NCBI RefSeq assembly: GCF_964204645.1
Contig: NC_134031.1
Span: forward strand, 5,642,001-5,706,000
From: Tubulanus polymorphus
Taxonomy: Eukaryota > Animalia > Nemertea
Reading direction: 5' to 3'
DNA: 64,000 nucleotides
Below the pieces are notes generated by a model, which made no database searches, was not told the DNA's origin, and saw nothing but the letters and a program-made list of their open reading frames with translations. Every line of letters begins with the position of its first letter. Within the stretch, counting starts at the first letter, position 1. This document shows positions 26,830 through 39,108 of the stretch, in pieces. A program made the position numbers and the translations under genes.

Positions 26830-29800
26830 TGCGTAGTCTTTTGCTATAAACTGTTCATCTTCGGCTGAATCTATTGCGGGATTTCAATCGTATATTCATC
26901 TCGTATATTGTGTATCATCTCGACTTATCAGGTTTCGATTCCCGACGATAATTCCATCGATTCTAAATCGCGCCGAAAATCCGACGCGTCCTCGATCTCT
27001 CGATTATCGTCTAAAATCTAAAATACAATAACCGCGGATTATTCGCCGCCGTCCGCGCGTTTAGCGCAGCATTGCCGTCGGCGATCGTATTTTGTCAACA
27101 AGGTATTGTTGGAAGCAATTTCCGTCGTGAACGGGGAATGTTTCCGCGCGTCGCCCTCCGAAGGAACTGATACCTTTCGTATTATCGGCGGCGTAGAAAT
27201 CCGCAATAATAATTATTGCGGCCTTTATTTCGCCGAAAGCGATTTGAGTTGCGATCGCGCGAGAGATACATTAATAAGATTCCACTTCCACGTCATCAGC
27301 TATCTAAATTACTTCAACGGCCAATTGTTTAAAAAAAACCAGATCTCAAAGTTACATCTTTATCATTTTCAAGGACTATGAAATTTGAAAATGAAATTGT
27401 GAAATAGTCTTTAAACAAGGTGGCCACTTTCCACCCATTTACAAATTCCCTGATTTTTTCCGTATGATTACACAAAATTTGTGGTTTAAAATTTAATAAT
27501 ACATTTTTCATGAATCGCATGATAAAAAAACGTGCGGACAATAGAATATCCGAATTCCCCGAGTTTTTTCTAGATTTTTCTGATTCTCTGATGTTCCAGG
27601 TTTCCAACGCTAGCGGTCAAAACAAATCAGAACGGTACAGTGAATATGGTTACAACTCTTCCACCTGAATGGTTTTATATAGGCCTACTGGTTTTAACTA
27701 ACTTAAGTCCCCGGGAAAGTCATACGCCTTATTGAATGAAACCCGGATCTAAGTTAAAACCCGGCAGTCTACGAAACCGGACCCAGCTGTATCTCACCGA
27801 GAAAACAATCGAGAGGCATTTTTTTTTCACACGAGTTCACACGATCCGAGCTTTCTATTTAATGAAAAAAAAAGGCTACAGTATCGCCGCTAATACGAAT
27901 CGAGAAAAGCGAGAACGGGAAGTCGGCAATTTCCTGTCCGCGACGGTAATCCGAGGTTTTCTTACGGATCCATTATTTCCGTTTTATAGTGTCGCCTCGA
28001 TCGACCGACGCGGCTAATTCCGTCACATCAAACCGCGTCGGAACCGTCGCCGGTATAGAAAAAAAAAAAAAGATCAACACGTAGACCACCGATCCTCCGT
28101 AATTTACCGATCGAATTTCAAATACCCGGCAATTTCCCGTTCGTAAATTATAACCCGCCGGCGCAACCTCCTGACCAGATTCTACGATATCAAACTTAAT
28201 TCTCGCAACCTTTCCGAGTCAGGTGAACGCATAAAAGATGATGAAAAAGAAAAACTGCTTCTATAGTTCGCGTATGACGCACAAAAGCGCGGCGTGCTAC
28301 ACTTTTCAGACCGAATTATCGCGAGCAATTTTGAACATTCTGCCGACTTGAAAACATGTACTTAAACTAGCATGAATGAAATGGCACCATTTTTTTTCTC
28401 TTCTTCAAACCAGGTCTCTCAGTCAGGTCTCTCAGTCACGACACTTTAAAGAGTTCGTCAGAAATAGTGGATAACTCTGCGTAGAAGTTGAATTATAGTC
28501 CTGATGCACGCATGGCATGCCACCCACCGTTCTCTCTGGATTTTTGAAAGGAATCCATATTTGAATGCTACCAACTATAATGGCGTGAATAGAACTAAAA
28601 CAGAAAGTGGATTTACTTGCTTTCAGCACACAGCAACGACAGTCAAAGAATTGAGTGATAAAACTTTAAAATGCTCAAGAATTGAGCTCGAATTGTTTAA
28701 TGGCATCAGCATAAATTTTCAATCCTGAGTTTTAAGAAATGTTCACTTTCAAGTAAATCGCTTGTGTAGACAGGGCCATACCTCCCGGGACCAGGGGCCA
28801 GTTCCCCCAAAAAAGAATTTTGGACAGGTGCCCTTTTTGCTTATTTCATTGTATCCAATAGAACTGCCCTCCGAGTTTCTCTGCAACCCCCTCCCAAAAA
28901 AAATCAAACCATAAATGCTAGGTATGACCCTGGAAGATCCTTGTATGACCCAACTAAATGAGGTAATTCAGAAGAAAAACGAATAATTTTGAACACAAGT
29001 TAAACGTCTATAAATCGGGCTTGTGTTCTTAATAACCTGACCTATAAATTTTGAGTACCCAAACACCGTCTGAAGAGTCCACTCAAAAATATTTGAATAA
29101 GCCATAGTCACAAATATACGCAAACTATCCTAATAGTAGGGAATTTAGAATAGCTATCAATTAAGCAATTAACCACATCGTAAATCTCTAGTGAATACGC
29201 GTCCTCAAACACAATTTGGGGCCACTTTCGACATAAAAACTCCAAGCCCGCCCATGCCGAAAATTTAGTTTCCTCGTAATACAACTCGTACAAATAAGAT
29301 TTAATTTAAATTCCGGGAATAATAAATCCGAAATGAACTTTGAATAAAATGTTTGTTTTGGCAAGAAATATTCAAATGCAATCTACCCAAAACGCACGTT
29401 TCAATAAATTTAAGGTACATAAAGATATTCAGAAATTCTAATTGAATCGATGAATTATTTTCCATTAAGAATAATTTTCACAAAGTATGTACGTTATCTG
29501 AAGTGACTACATTTAAAATTTGAAATCTTGATATCAAGACTATTCTATATACAAAGCTAGGAATTAATGTTTCTTTGATGAAATAGTATCGGTCATCGAA
29601 GTTTCTGAATTGTGGCTAAACGCATCTTAAATTATTCAATTTTGAAGTTATCGATACTTAAACCGCCATCAAACGCTAACGCCATCGAAATGAAAGGGCT
29701 CTTTAAATTTCGTTATTAATTCATGAAGCGGGGACATCCGAAACCGACCACCAGCAAAGCTCTTCATATAAAATCCGATACTATCCGAACGCTTAACAAA

Positions 29801-30307
29801 CTAAATCGAAGTTCGTTATTGGCATTCAAGATTTGAATTTCATAAATGAAATCATATAATATGATTTTTCCTTATTTATTAATTTGAAAATCCACACAAA
29901 AAAGAAATTGATCATTCAAATTCAATTACTTTGAAAAAGTGGTAGGGTTCTACAATCCTTCCCTTGCTTGAGTTCAGCCGGCTAATAAGACAAGCCAATA
30001 CCGCCAAATAGACCTAATAATACATTTTCTTCAGATTTTTGTCTAAATCTTGATTGTTTCAACACCTTGAAACGAATGATGATAACTTGCGCAATGAATT
30101 GACAACGGACCCTATTCAAAATACATTCAATGCATCTCCATACTCCGGTACCGCTACGTACGATAACCACTGAGTAGTGAAAGTATTACATGGAGCCAAT
30201 AGATGGATTTGCTAATCTTTAATCGCTCATAACTTCCGAACCGATCAACAAATTTCGAAAATCTCGAGGCTTCCTTAAAACACGACGTTTATATTTTCCA
30301 CACATAC

Positions 30308-30395
30308 CTTCATCGGCGAGTGTCAAAACGAGTAAATTAGTTAAAATCCAATATAATCCGAGAGCGGTATTCCAAAGCGTGCTATCCTTCGCCAT
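30308..30395 (-). CDS. Eph: Eph receptor tyrosine kinase, coding exon 1 (signal peptide)
   Basis: Not in the ORF track. Minus strand reads ATG...MAKDSTLWNTALGLYWILTNLLVLTLADE+G then a GTATGT donor. It is 88 nt, phase 1, and joins exon 2 to give ...TLA/DE-V-VLLDTT, the typical Eph mature N-terminus after a hydrophobic signal peptide. Confidence 0.85.
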
Positions 30396-30650
30396 CGTTT
30401 CTCTGTATCTGAACGTCGACGCGCTCTGGCGGCTGATGTCTGAACTATATTCTAAGCAGAACAGCGAAAGTATGCGCCCTCATTAGCAGGACGATTCGCG
30501 CGAATGAAGTGGAGAAGAATGTATACTGTTCACCAAACGCTCGGGGACGCTCGGTCTAGAATTAGACAAATAAAAGGACGTATTGCCGTGGGCGGGACTA
30601 GATATAGATTAGCATAAATGAGTGCGAATGAATGAGCAATTGCCGATTTC
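30396..30650 (-). promoter_or_regulatory. Candidate Eph 5' UTR/proximal promoter region
   Basis: Directly upstream of the Eph ATG, CpG-rich, with a GC box GGGCGG at 30590-30595. The TSS cannot be determined from sequence. Confidence 0.3.
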
Positions 30651-33600
30651 TAATATTTTACAACTTTCGCACCATAAAACCCGGCTAAATTGACTATCTT
30701 CTCAGCCAGGAATTTGTCAATTAAGTTGTGTTTCGAAAGAAGCTCAGAAGCGGCAATTTACAATCGAATTATTAATTCCCAAAGGGACAGTGAAAACACC
30801 TGTAAACACCAAGAGTCAATTTAGCTAGGTTTTATTTCTGGGTAGTAACCCAACTAAAACGTGTTTTCGACCGATAAAACATGAAATAGTGAAAGCGTTT
30901 GTCGAACCGAATCGTGTATAGGCACAAGGCGTTGAATAAGATAAAAAATCAAGCGAAACGAAACAAATTTCTGCATCCAGTCTGCGGAGTCCGACCAGAA
31001 CGGATGAATTTAGCGAAAACCATTCTTGGTAAATTGCTCGCATCCTATTCTTGACGGTTGATACAAAACAGCAACAAAGCGTGAAGCGACGCGGTAAATA
31101 AAGATCGCCGTTGATTTTCATAATGAATTCAGTCCGTGATTTCGACCGCAAAATGAACCGGGCCCAAATCCGCTAAACAAGCCCGATCATTGTACAGGAT
31201 ACGTAGGCTACCAATACCGATTTTCGTTTATGCTAAAAATCGATGAAAACAGACTCCAATATTCAACAATACAACTGTGAATTTATGCTAATCTCGCTGT
31301 TTAGTTATTATTCGAAATTTAACGCCTGCACTCATCTGTAAATTCAATCAATGTAATGAAGAAATGAGCATAGGACATGCTGGTCACATTTTGACCTCTG
31401 ATCCACTCGACCACTGGGTTTTGTTTGCTGCGTTCATTGTAGCGCTATTTTCTCAATGGCAGGTTATTCTTTGCGTGCAATTATTCCGTCGTTTTTTGCG
31501 AGCTCCCATCGATAACAATAACCCGTATCACGTTTCCGTTAATGTCCCGTCATTTTGAGACCAACGCTTACAGTTCATTGAAATTAATAGCGAGTAGGGC
31601 TTTCAAATACCAGGTCAACCGCATTCCGCAAGTTCTTTGAACTGTATTTTACTGGCAAAATTGGCCTTCATCATTTAGATTTTCAATGGTCATGGAAACA
31701 TTATACCTGCTTATCACGTATGTGGTTTACTTGTCAAATGTCCAATGCTTTTGACGACTGACTCATAAATAACCCAAAAAATCAACACGTTTTTCATATG
31801 GTTTTCTATTCCTTCCATTTTGTTATGATTCAAAAACTCACTGAACATTCAGTTTTAAAAATATTTACACGCCGTCCTAACTCAAACATCATTCGTTTAA
31901 AAAATTTTGAAGGGCGACATTTTCTAAAAGTTAAAAATGTCCATTTTTGTTTCTGCCTTTCAAAGGACTATGACTGGATATACGCTATAGGCAGTTGTGT
32001 TCACACACTTAATTTAGTAATTATTTAATAACCGTCATAAATTCAATATGCTACGAAAATATTTTCATAACTGATTGAAGATTGAATGAGCTTTTGTCGG
32101 CAGCGGGTTGGTTGTGGTGTACCAGCCGGTATTCCCGCGGACAAGAACGGACCGGTAGCCTTTAAGATTCCTATTCAAACCAGGAGCCGGGAGCTTTCAT
32201 CCGTATAAGGAATAAAGCATTGCTCAATCGCTAAAGCAATAGGAGTAATTAACTAATGAGTGGTTAAACAATTAATCCGGTTAATTAAGCCGCGGGATTA
32301 GCGCGCAATAGTGTGACATGCTCACCGTATTTAAATTAAAAGGATGACGTATACGGACATGTACCCGGTGTTAGGAATTGACGAGAACGGTATTAACAAT
32401 AGATAGGCCCGCTGGGTACGTTTTCTGGGATTACTATAAAACCCCGCGATTATGTCACACATATCCGAGACTTTTTCACACCTGTTTTTAAAGGCGCACC
32501 GAGGGTGGCACATTACCGTTCGGTAATTAGCAACACCGGATGTATCAACGTGCCCGCGATGTTAATCTCTACCCACGGTTTTAAGTATTGTCGCCTGATA
32601 TTCAAAGGGCTTCAAATAGTTTCGATGTTTTTGATTTATGAGATAAAATCCATGGGTGGATCTAAGGTCTTATTACGGGAGGGGTACACCCCCAAAATAA
32701 AGAGCACATCATATGATTAAAATGGTACCCCGAAAGAAAGCTCACCGCAAAACATTAACCCATTTTTGGAACAACAGAGGACAAGCTTATGAATTCAAAC
32801 ATTTTGGGATATGTCTGTTTAATATTTTTCACTTTCCCATGAAATTTCAGGGCCACCATACACTTTTAAAGGGGTGCGTTAATCCCTGCACCCTCATTTG
32901 ATCCCCCCTGAATTCGCTTGATTAGCATAGGCAGAAGAAGTCTAAAGCCGAATGCTTTTTTCGTCTTGAAGACATCAAGGGTCGGGTGGGTCGCGTGAAC
33001 AAGCCAATTCGCTTTGATTCCACTTTTCAAAGCTATCCCCGCGAGAACTAACCAATTTAGCATTGATAACGACAATTCGAAATATCGATATTTACGCGCA
33101 TCATTTTGAAGAGCAATTCGCAGTCGAATTGTTCGAGTCTTTTCAACGGTTCTCGACTCAGATCGGTATAATTACTAACAAGAGATCCGAGATCGTACGC
33201 GCTCGCATTCACACTTCGTTTCTAATAGCTGTCGAGTTTTTGTGACATTGTTTGTAGCGATTCTCGCCGTCCATCCTCAAAATAACTCGAGTGTTTATTG
33301 CCAAACACTTTACACCATTCGCATTACGCAATCCCCTAATAAACTACGTATCTTCTTTCCAGGAGTGGCTGCGTTGCCAGGGTCATTAGATCCACGTCTA
33401 TTATAGGATCACTTGATGGGATTTGCCTGGATGAGGTATGCCCACTTTTGGTTCTAAATCTTTTTCGAATTGCGATCAACATTGAAAAATAAGTCCTTTT
33501 GGAAGCCATTTGCAAACAAATTCGAAATGCTCAACAATTGAAATTGACTGCGAATCAAGTATATATAGTCTGCATGTTTTTCAAAATCTTAAAATAGGGG

Positions 33601-35824
33601 ATTGCCCCTCAAAGTTATTTGATAGGTCAATCAGGGAAGTGTGATGAGTCATCACAATTCCCTGGGTCAATCAATTTTGAAGTTTAGATATAGCGAGATG
33701 ATCGATTGGAATCTGACATGGTTTTATTTTTTTTCATGGTGTTCTTTCTACCAAAATGGATGTTTGAATAAATGTAAAGACCACGTTTGCATTTCTTTAT
33801 TAATAGAAATTACGATTTGAAAATACATTAATATTTCATCTCATAGACGAGAACCGCTCCTGGAGGTCCAGGAATTTACAGACGAAAGACATAATTAGAA
33901 GGGGATGGGGAAACTTTAATAAATAACCAAGCTATACTTTTAACGAACTGCCCATAGGGCTTATATTAATTATTGACCCTCGAGCTCACGATTGACCATG
34001 GTTACCGGTCATCGTTTTCTCAATGCGCCCATATTTGCCCAGAAGGCCCAATTTGCGTATTGACATTGATATAATACTAGCTACGATCGGAGACGTGTAT
34101 ATTCTATTGTCGGTGGTTATTTCCTTATCCCGCGGCTAAACTAAATTTGTTTCCTCAAATCCTCGTGGCAAACATTTATCTCGCGTATTCTCCATATTGT
34201 TAGGTATTGTCTATCGGTTAGGCATCTCATTGTATCGCCGCAGAACGGCGTTCCGTTTTAGAATTACCAACTTTTAATCTTCATTGTAAATACTGTACGC
34301 GTTAAACCGAGTCCCACTTGATGTAACTAAGGTATCGATCAGATAATAATTGCGGGCCGTCAACAACTTTTGTCTTCGGTCTCGTGGACAATGGGATTTG
34401 GGATATAGGGATGAGCGGTGGTTACCGGGCTTCCTTTTAACTTCCGAAATGACCAACGCTTCTCTTTCTTGCATCATTCCGGTCCAAAATTGGAGACAAT
34501 TTGCGATTTTGGAGATTCTAACTCCAACGTTATTACAACATAGACCCCCACGAAGTAGAGATCCTATTAACTGTGGCTGGATTTGGCTATTCCTCAAAAT
34601 GGACCTCTATTAGTATTATTGGTATTCGGTGTCACCACTATTTGCCCTTATTTCAGAAAACAAATTTAAGCCCGAATAGAATATTACGTAAGATATGAAA
34701 TTCAGTTCATTTCTAAATACACGGCAAACAGCAAATGGAAAATTTGATGTGTAACGTGCATTAGCTGTGTACACATTATTTCCGTGCGACAGTCATCTTT
34801 AACTCGGAATTAACTTCGCTTTTCACAATAAGGACAATATATCTGTCAACACGAAGTGGGCTGCACCGTAGGTGCGTTGGAACATATGGTCTGCAAGTCC
34901 ACTCGGTTCCGCCGAGCGAAACATTCAAGTGGCATCCTACAGAGGGTCTGATTGTCCCTTGTACGTAGTTGCGTGTTATATGGCTCTCGATTCTTAATCA
35001 CAGTTACTTTTCATTATTTTCTGTACAACGAGAACCCCGCGCCGGTACAACGTTGTCATGGAAAATCACAGTGACTCTTGAGAAACATTTATTGTCTATA
35101 CATATACTATGGGTCTTATTTGGTCACTTGAAGCAGAGAAGGTCAAGAGTCTTCTTTGCAAATTTTCTGGTCGATAAAACATTATGCAAGTTTGACCAGA
35201 CAAAATGCATTGACGTAAATAAAACACTTATTTCGCACGGTTTTGCGATTTTCGTGTCTGAATGTCGAAAAACCATTAGACCGCAAAGGCGGTATATAAA
35301 ATATCTTATTTTGCATTCTGCTAATACGGATGGCGACCAGATTTGAGTTTATTTGTTAATTAGCGACAAGATACGACTCGCTTTCCGCTATTGTTTGAAC
35401 AACTCTTCTCATAAATGATATCTCGTATTTGTACACTCCGACTTACACAAGTATTAATATCGTGGAGTAGGTATATTGCTCATGGAGGAGACGTATAAGC
35501 CGGTTCGGAAGTATTAGGCCGGTCCTCGAATTGGTCACTTCTAACCTCGTTGACAACTCTTGACGGTTGATACCGTAGACAAGACGTCTCCGAAATCTGT
35601 TTACAGAATTTCTGTCTAATCAGTTTTACGCGGAGTAATAAGTATTTAACCAAATAGCTTATCCGTCATCAAAGACCGATGAATATCTATGTGAAAATGA
35701 CATAATCATTTCCATGTTGTGTATAATATGTTTGAAGAACGATTACATACATATGATATGAATCTATTATGAAACCGGATAGGAGTTCAATGGGACGACA
35801 TTTCAACGTTTCGCGCTTTGTCAT

Positions 35825-35994
35825 CATTTACTCTAAAACGATGAGTTTTTGTCGTTTTTGAATCCATGCTATCATCAATATTACTTCATTTTTTCCATTT
35901 TCTTCCAACGATATTAATTTGTCTTCTGGTATTTTGAACAACTCAGTTTCGGTAGCCCAAAGCGTGGGTTCTAAAACGATTAATAGAGTCCATG
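35825..35994. mobile_element. Two degenerate hairpin mini-elements (35825-35868 and 35963-35994)
   Basis: Both end in GARTCCATG and contain CTAAAACGAT. Flanks are ttgtcat/ctatcat (5/7) and cccaaag/cctaaag (6/7). Confidence 0.65.
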
Positions 35995-36965
35995 CCTAAA
36001 GTGATCATACTCATGATTCCCAGTTGAAGCGGATCCCAGTCAAACTCAAACGATCCATGCTTTAACTCAAATGGGGAGGGGGGCTTGGGGTGGTCGTGTT
36101 GGTTGCTTTTCATGGAAACAAAACACATCTAGAATTTGGAGATAAATTTCTATTCATATATACAACTATTTTCTTTCTTGAAATAGTTACAGTTGATCAA
36201 TTCGACTTGACGCTTATCCGGTGTGTCCCTGCCGGGAACGAGACAGGAGTTCGATTTTGTGAACTCGTGAATCAGATAATATAATCGAATCTTCGGTTGA
36301 ATTTACATAATTTATTTTCCTTCGAACCAGAATTGTCAAGCGACTTGTTTGGGTTTAAATTTTCTTGGCTACCCGATTTGATACATCGCGATTATATATA
36401 CATCTTTTGAATACACACGGGTGTAATGAATGTTCGAGTGGTAATCGAGTCTGTTCGGATACTGATAAAATCAGTGCGATATTTGAGCCAATATTTAACT
36501 CTTATCTATATATGTCACCGGGCCTCCTAGAATATCATATTCGCAATATATAGCAAATCAATTAATATTTCATTCCCCGAATTGATTCCGTGTTCGAATG
36601 AGTTTTATCTTTACTCATCAGAGCGAACTGTGTTAGTCCTGATAAAAACCTTCTCAATCTGTGAAATTGGAAATCGAATATGAGTCGGTGAGATAGATTC
36701 GGCTTGTTCATATATATGAAATCTATTACACTGTATGAACTAATTCAAGAAACAAACCCCTCATTTATACAAGAAAGCTAACTTGAAACATAATACATAT
36801 GTATTGTTTGATATTGGTAGAATAGCCACAATCAAACGTGAAGAGAGAAAGATATAATAAAAACCCACTATTTACAGATTAGTAGTATCAAAAACCGATA
36901 ATTTATTGAATCAAAAAATATATCAAAAGACTTTTCGAACTATCCCTAGTGATCATCGTCAGGTG

Positions 36966-37301
36966 TTGCTTAATATTGTCGACAAAAAATTAAAAGATGT
37001 AAATCACATAATATCAAGCATCAATGAAGTTTTTTGAATCTATAGATAATTGAATTGACCGGTAACCAGTCTATAGACCCGTTACATTGATGACGTAGTA
37101 CACAAAATGCTCTCAGATATCAATTATCAAAAAGGCACGCAAATGTATCAATTTGAAAATAGGAGTCATGAAACATGTTTAATTACAAAATGAATGCCAT
37201 AATAATAATAGTTGTTTTGAAACGCCAGTATTAACGAAGCCTTAATAACTCATGGTAGATGTTTGTAAACATTATGGATGGTGGTTTTTACGGCGTCAAA
37301 A
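36966..37301 (-). mobile_element. MITE family A copy
   Basis: Ends ttttacggcgtcaaaa; shares aattgaccggtaaccagtctata and cattgatgacgtag. Confidence 0.7.
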
Positions 37302-39076
37302 CATCCGCAAAGAAACTAAGCCTGTAGGACTATCTAGAAACTAAATTTCCATTACTGATGGTAAAATCGATGGTGACAATTCGCATTTCATAGTTTTGAG
37401 ATTTCATAAAACCACCTGGTAATGGCTGAGGAACTTTATTCATTTTATCCCAATATCCCAAGCGTCGAAAACACTGCGTATATTCAAGCAAGGAACAAGT
37501 AATAAAACCATCAAATGGAATAAATATGCTCCGCACAAAAAGATTTATATTTTGAAGAAACCCATTTATAACAAGTCCGGCCCTTCTTAACTACTATATC
37601 TACCATACGAAATGCCCAGTGGTAGATCCGTCCAGTTTGACCTGTCCCTTGCGTATAGACTTGCGCTCAAAAATCATTCACCCGTCTAAATACAATTTCA
37701 ATTCAACGTTACTAATGAGGAAGCTGCGAATATATTACGATAGAACGAAATGTTTTTCTGAACAACACAATATGGGCATTCCCACACCTCGGTGGCGAAC
37801 CCGGTATTCGATTTAGTCTGCGTATAGTGTTTACGGTGAATTTACGATGAATTGTTCGCCTACAATGTTCAAGCTATTAGACGACAATAGACGCATACTT
37901 CAAAAATCATCTATCTGAAAATCCGTATAACGAGAATTTAAATGGGACGATATAACTTTACAGTCAAAAACGTAAACAGAAAGGACACGTTAAGTCGTTA
38001 TTTTATGTCGGTATCCTATTAGTAGTTTTGCATTTAATCGGACAGACACTCTTGTACAAGTGTTATCAAAATTGCTTATAAAATCGTGAAAATTTTGATC
38101 AAATCTACGATTTTTGACTCAATATTGTTCACGGTGTTATATTATTGACGTAGATCTACTTTATTGATAAATTTATGACTACGGGAAGTTATGTCTTCAA
38201 TGTTTTGGCGATGATTTCTTAGAAAGGTGTTAAGCAATTTTCCTAACATGTTATTTTATGTTGATTCTGGTAATTCTGTCGTTGTTGTGGTTTTGGTTTC
38301 AATCTCGATAATGAACTTTGGTCACTTACACGTTTCTAACCACAGTAGCAACCCGGACACACTGCTGTTTACATATGAAAATAGATCTTCTCTACGAGCT
38401 CACCGGACCCGATGGAAAAACCACAGCCGTATCAAATCACATCTCATTCACAAACCACAAAATCTTCAAACATTTCCGTTATTCAATGCCAAAGTTTGTG
38501 ATTACAAATTGACTCTGGGCTTACGCTTCGAGGGACGAAACCGAGTAAATAAAGCTACCCCATCAACTTGATATTTCTGTTTTTTCAACATGTAATTTTG
38601 TATTAAATTATTTTGTTAAGATTTGAAATTGTGATTATCTGTCATACAAGTGTAGTACACACTTTGATAAAGAATAAACTACTACTACTACCATGAATTA
38701 ATTTGACTTTTGTGTAAGATTATTTCAATTATGTATTGTATTACGGAATTAAAATCCAGCTTCTGAATGTTTTCATTTTTTCAATTGCTAACCAGTTTTA
38801 TTTCAATTTTTCACCAGCCCATGTTCTACAGTTTGACTATGGAATCAGTTACTCAATCATGTACGAATCATTTACGTGTATTTGAGTCTAAGTGAGTTCT
38901 TTTCCAATCTTAGCATTGAAATCAAATCTTAACCTACATGTGGAACATGTTTCTGAACTTACTAATCTTATGAATTGCTAGCCAGGGCCCACGCAGATTC
39001 AGAGCCAAGCATCTGAATGTAGCGACGTGATTCCGAGTCAAATCTAAATTTACAACCTAGGTAATGTTAGATCGAG

Positions 39077-39108
39077 CATGGACGTATAATCTAGTTTATA
39101 CGTCCATG
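39077..39108. mobile_element. 32-bp hairpin mini-element (CATGGA...TCCATG), 7-bp TSD GATCGAG
   Basis: gatcgag|CATGGACGTATAATCTAGTTTATACGTCCATG|gatcgag; an identical element is at 50344-50375. Confidence 0.85.

Noticed and set aside
27329-27607. 92-aa ORF (…KIREFVNGWKVATL…)
   Set aside because: Translation of a degenerate MITE with ttccc(t)ga subterminal repeats; not a gene.
38320-38400. Minus-strand GTAAGT donor as an upstream Eph 5' UTR exon
   Set aside because: An isolated donor-like match with no supporting exon or promoter evidence.
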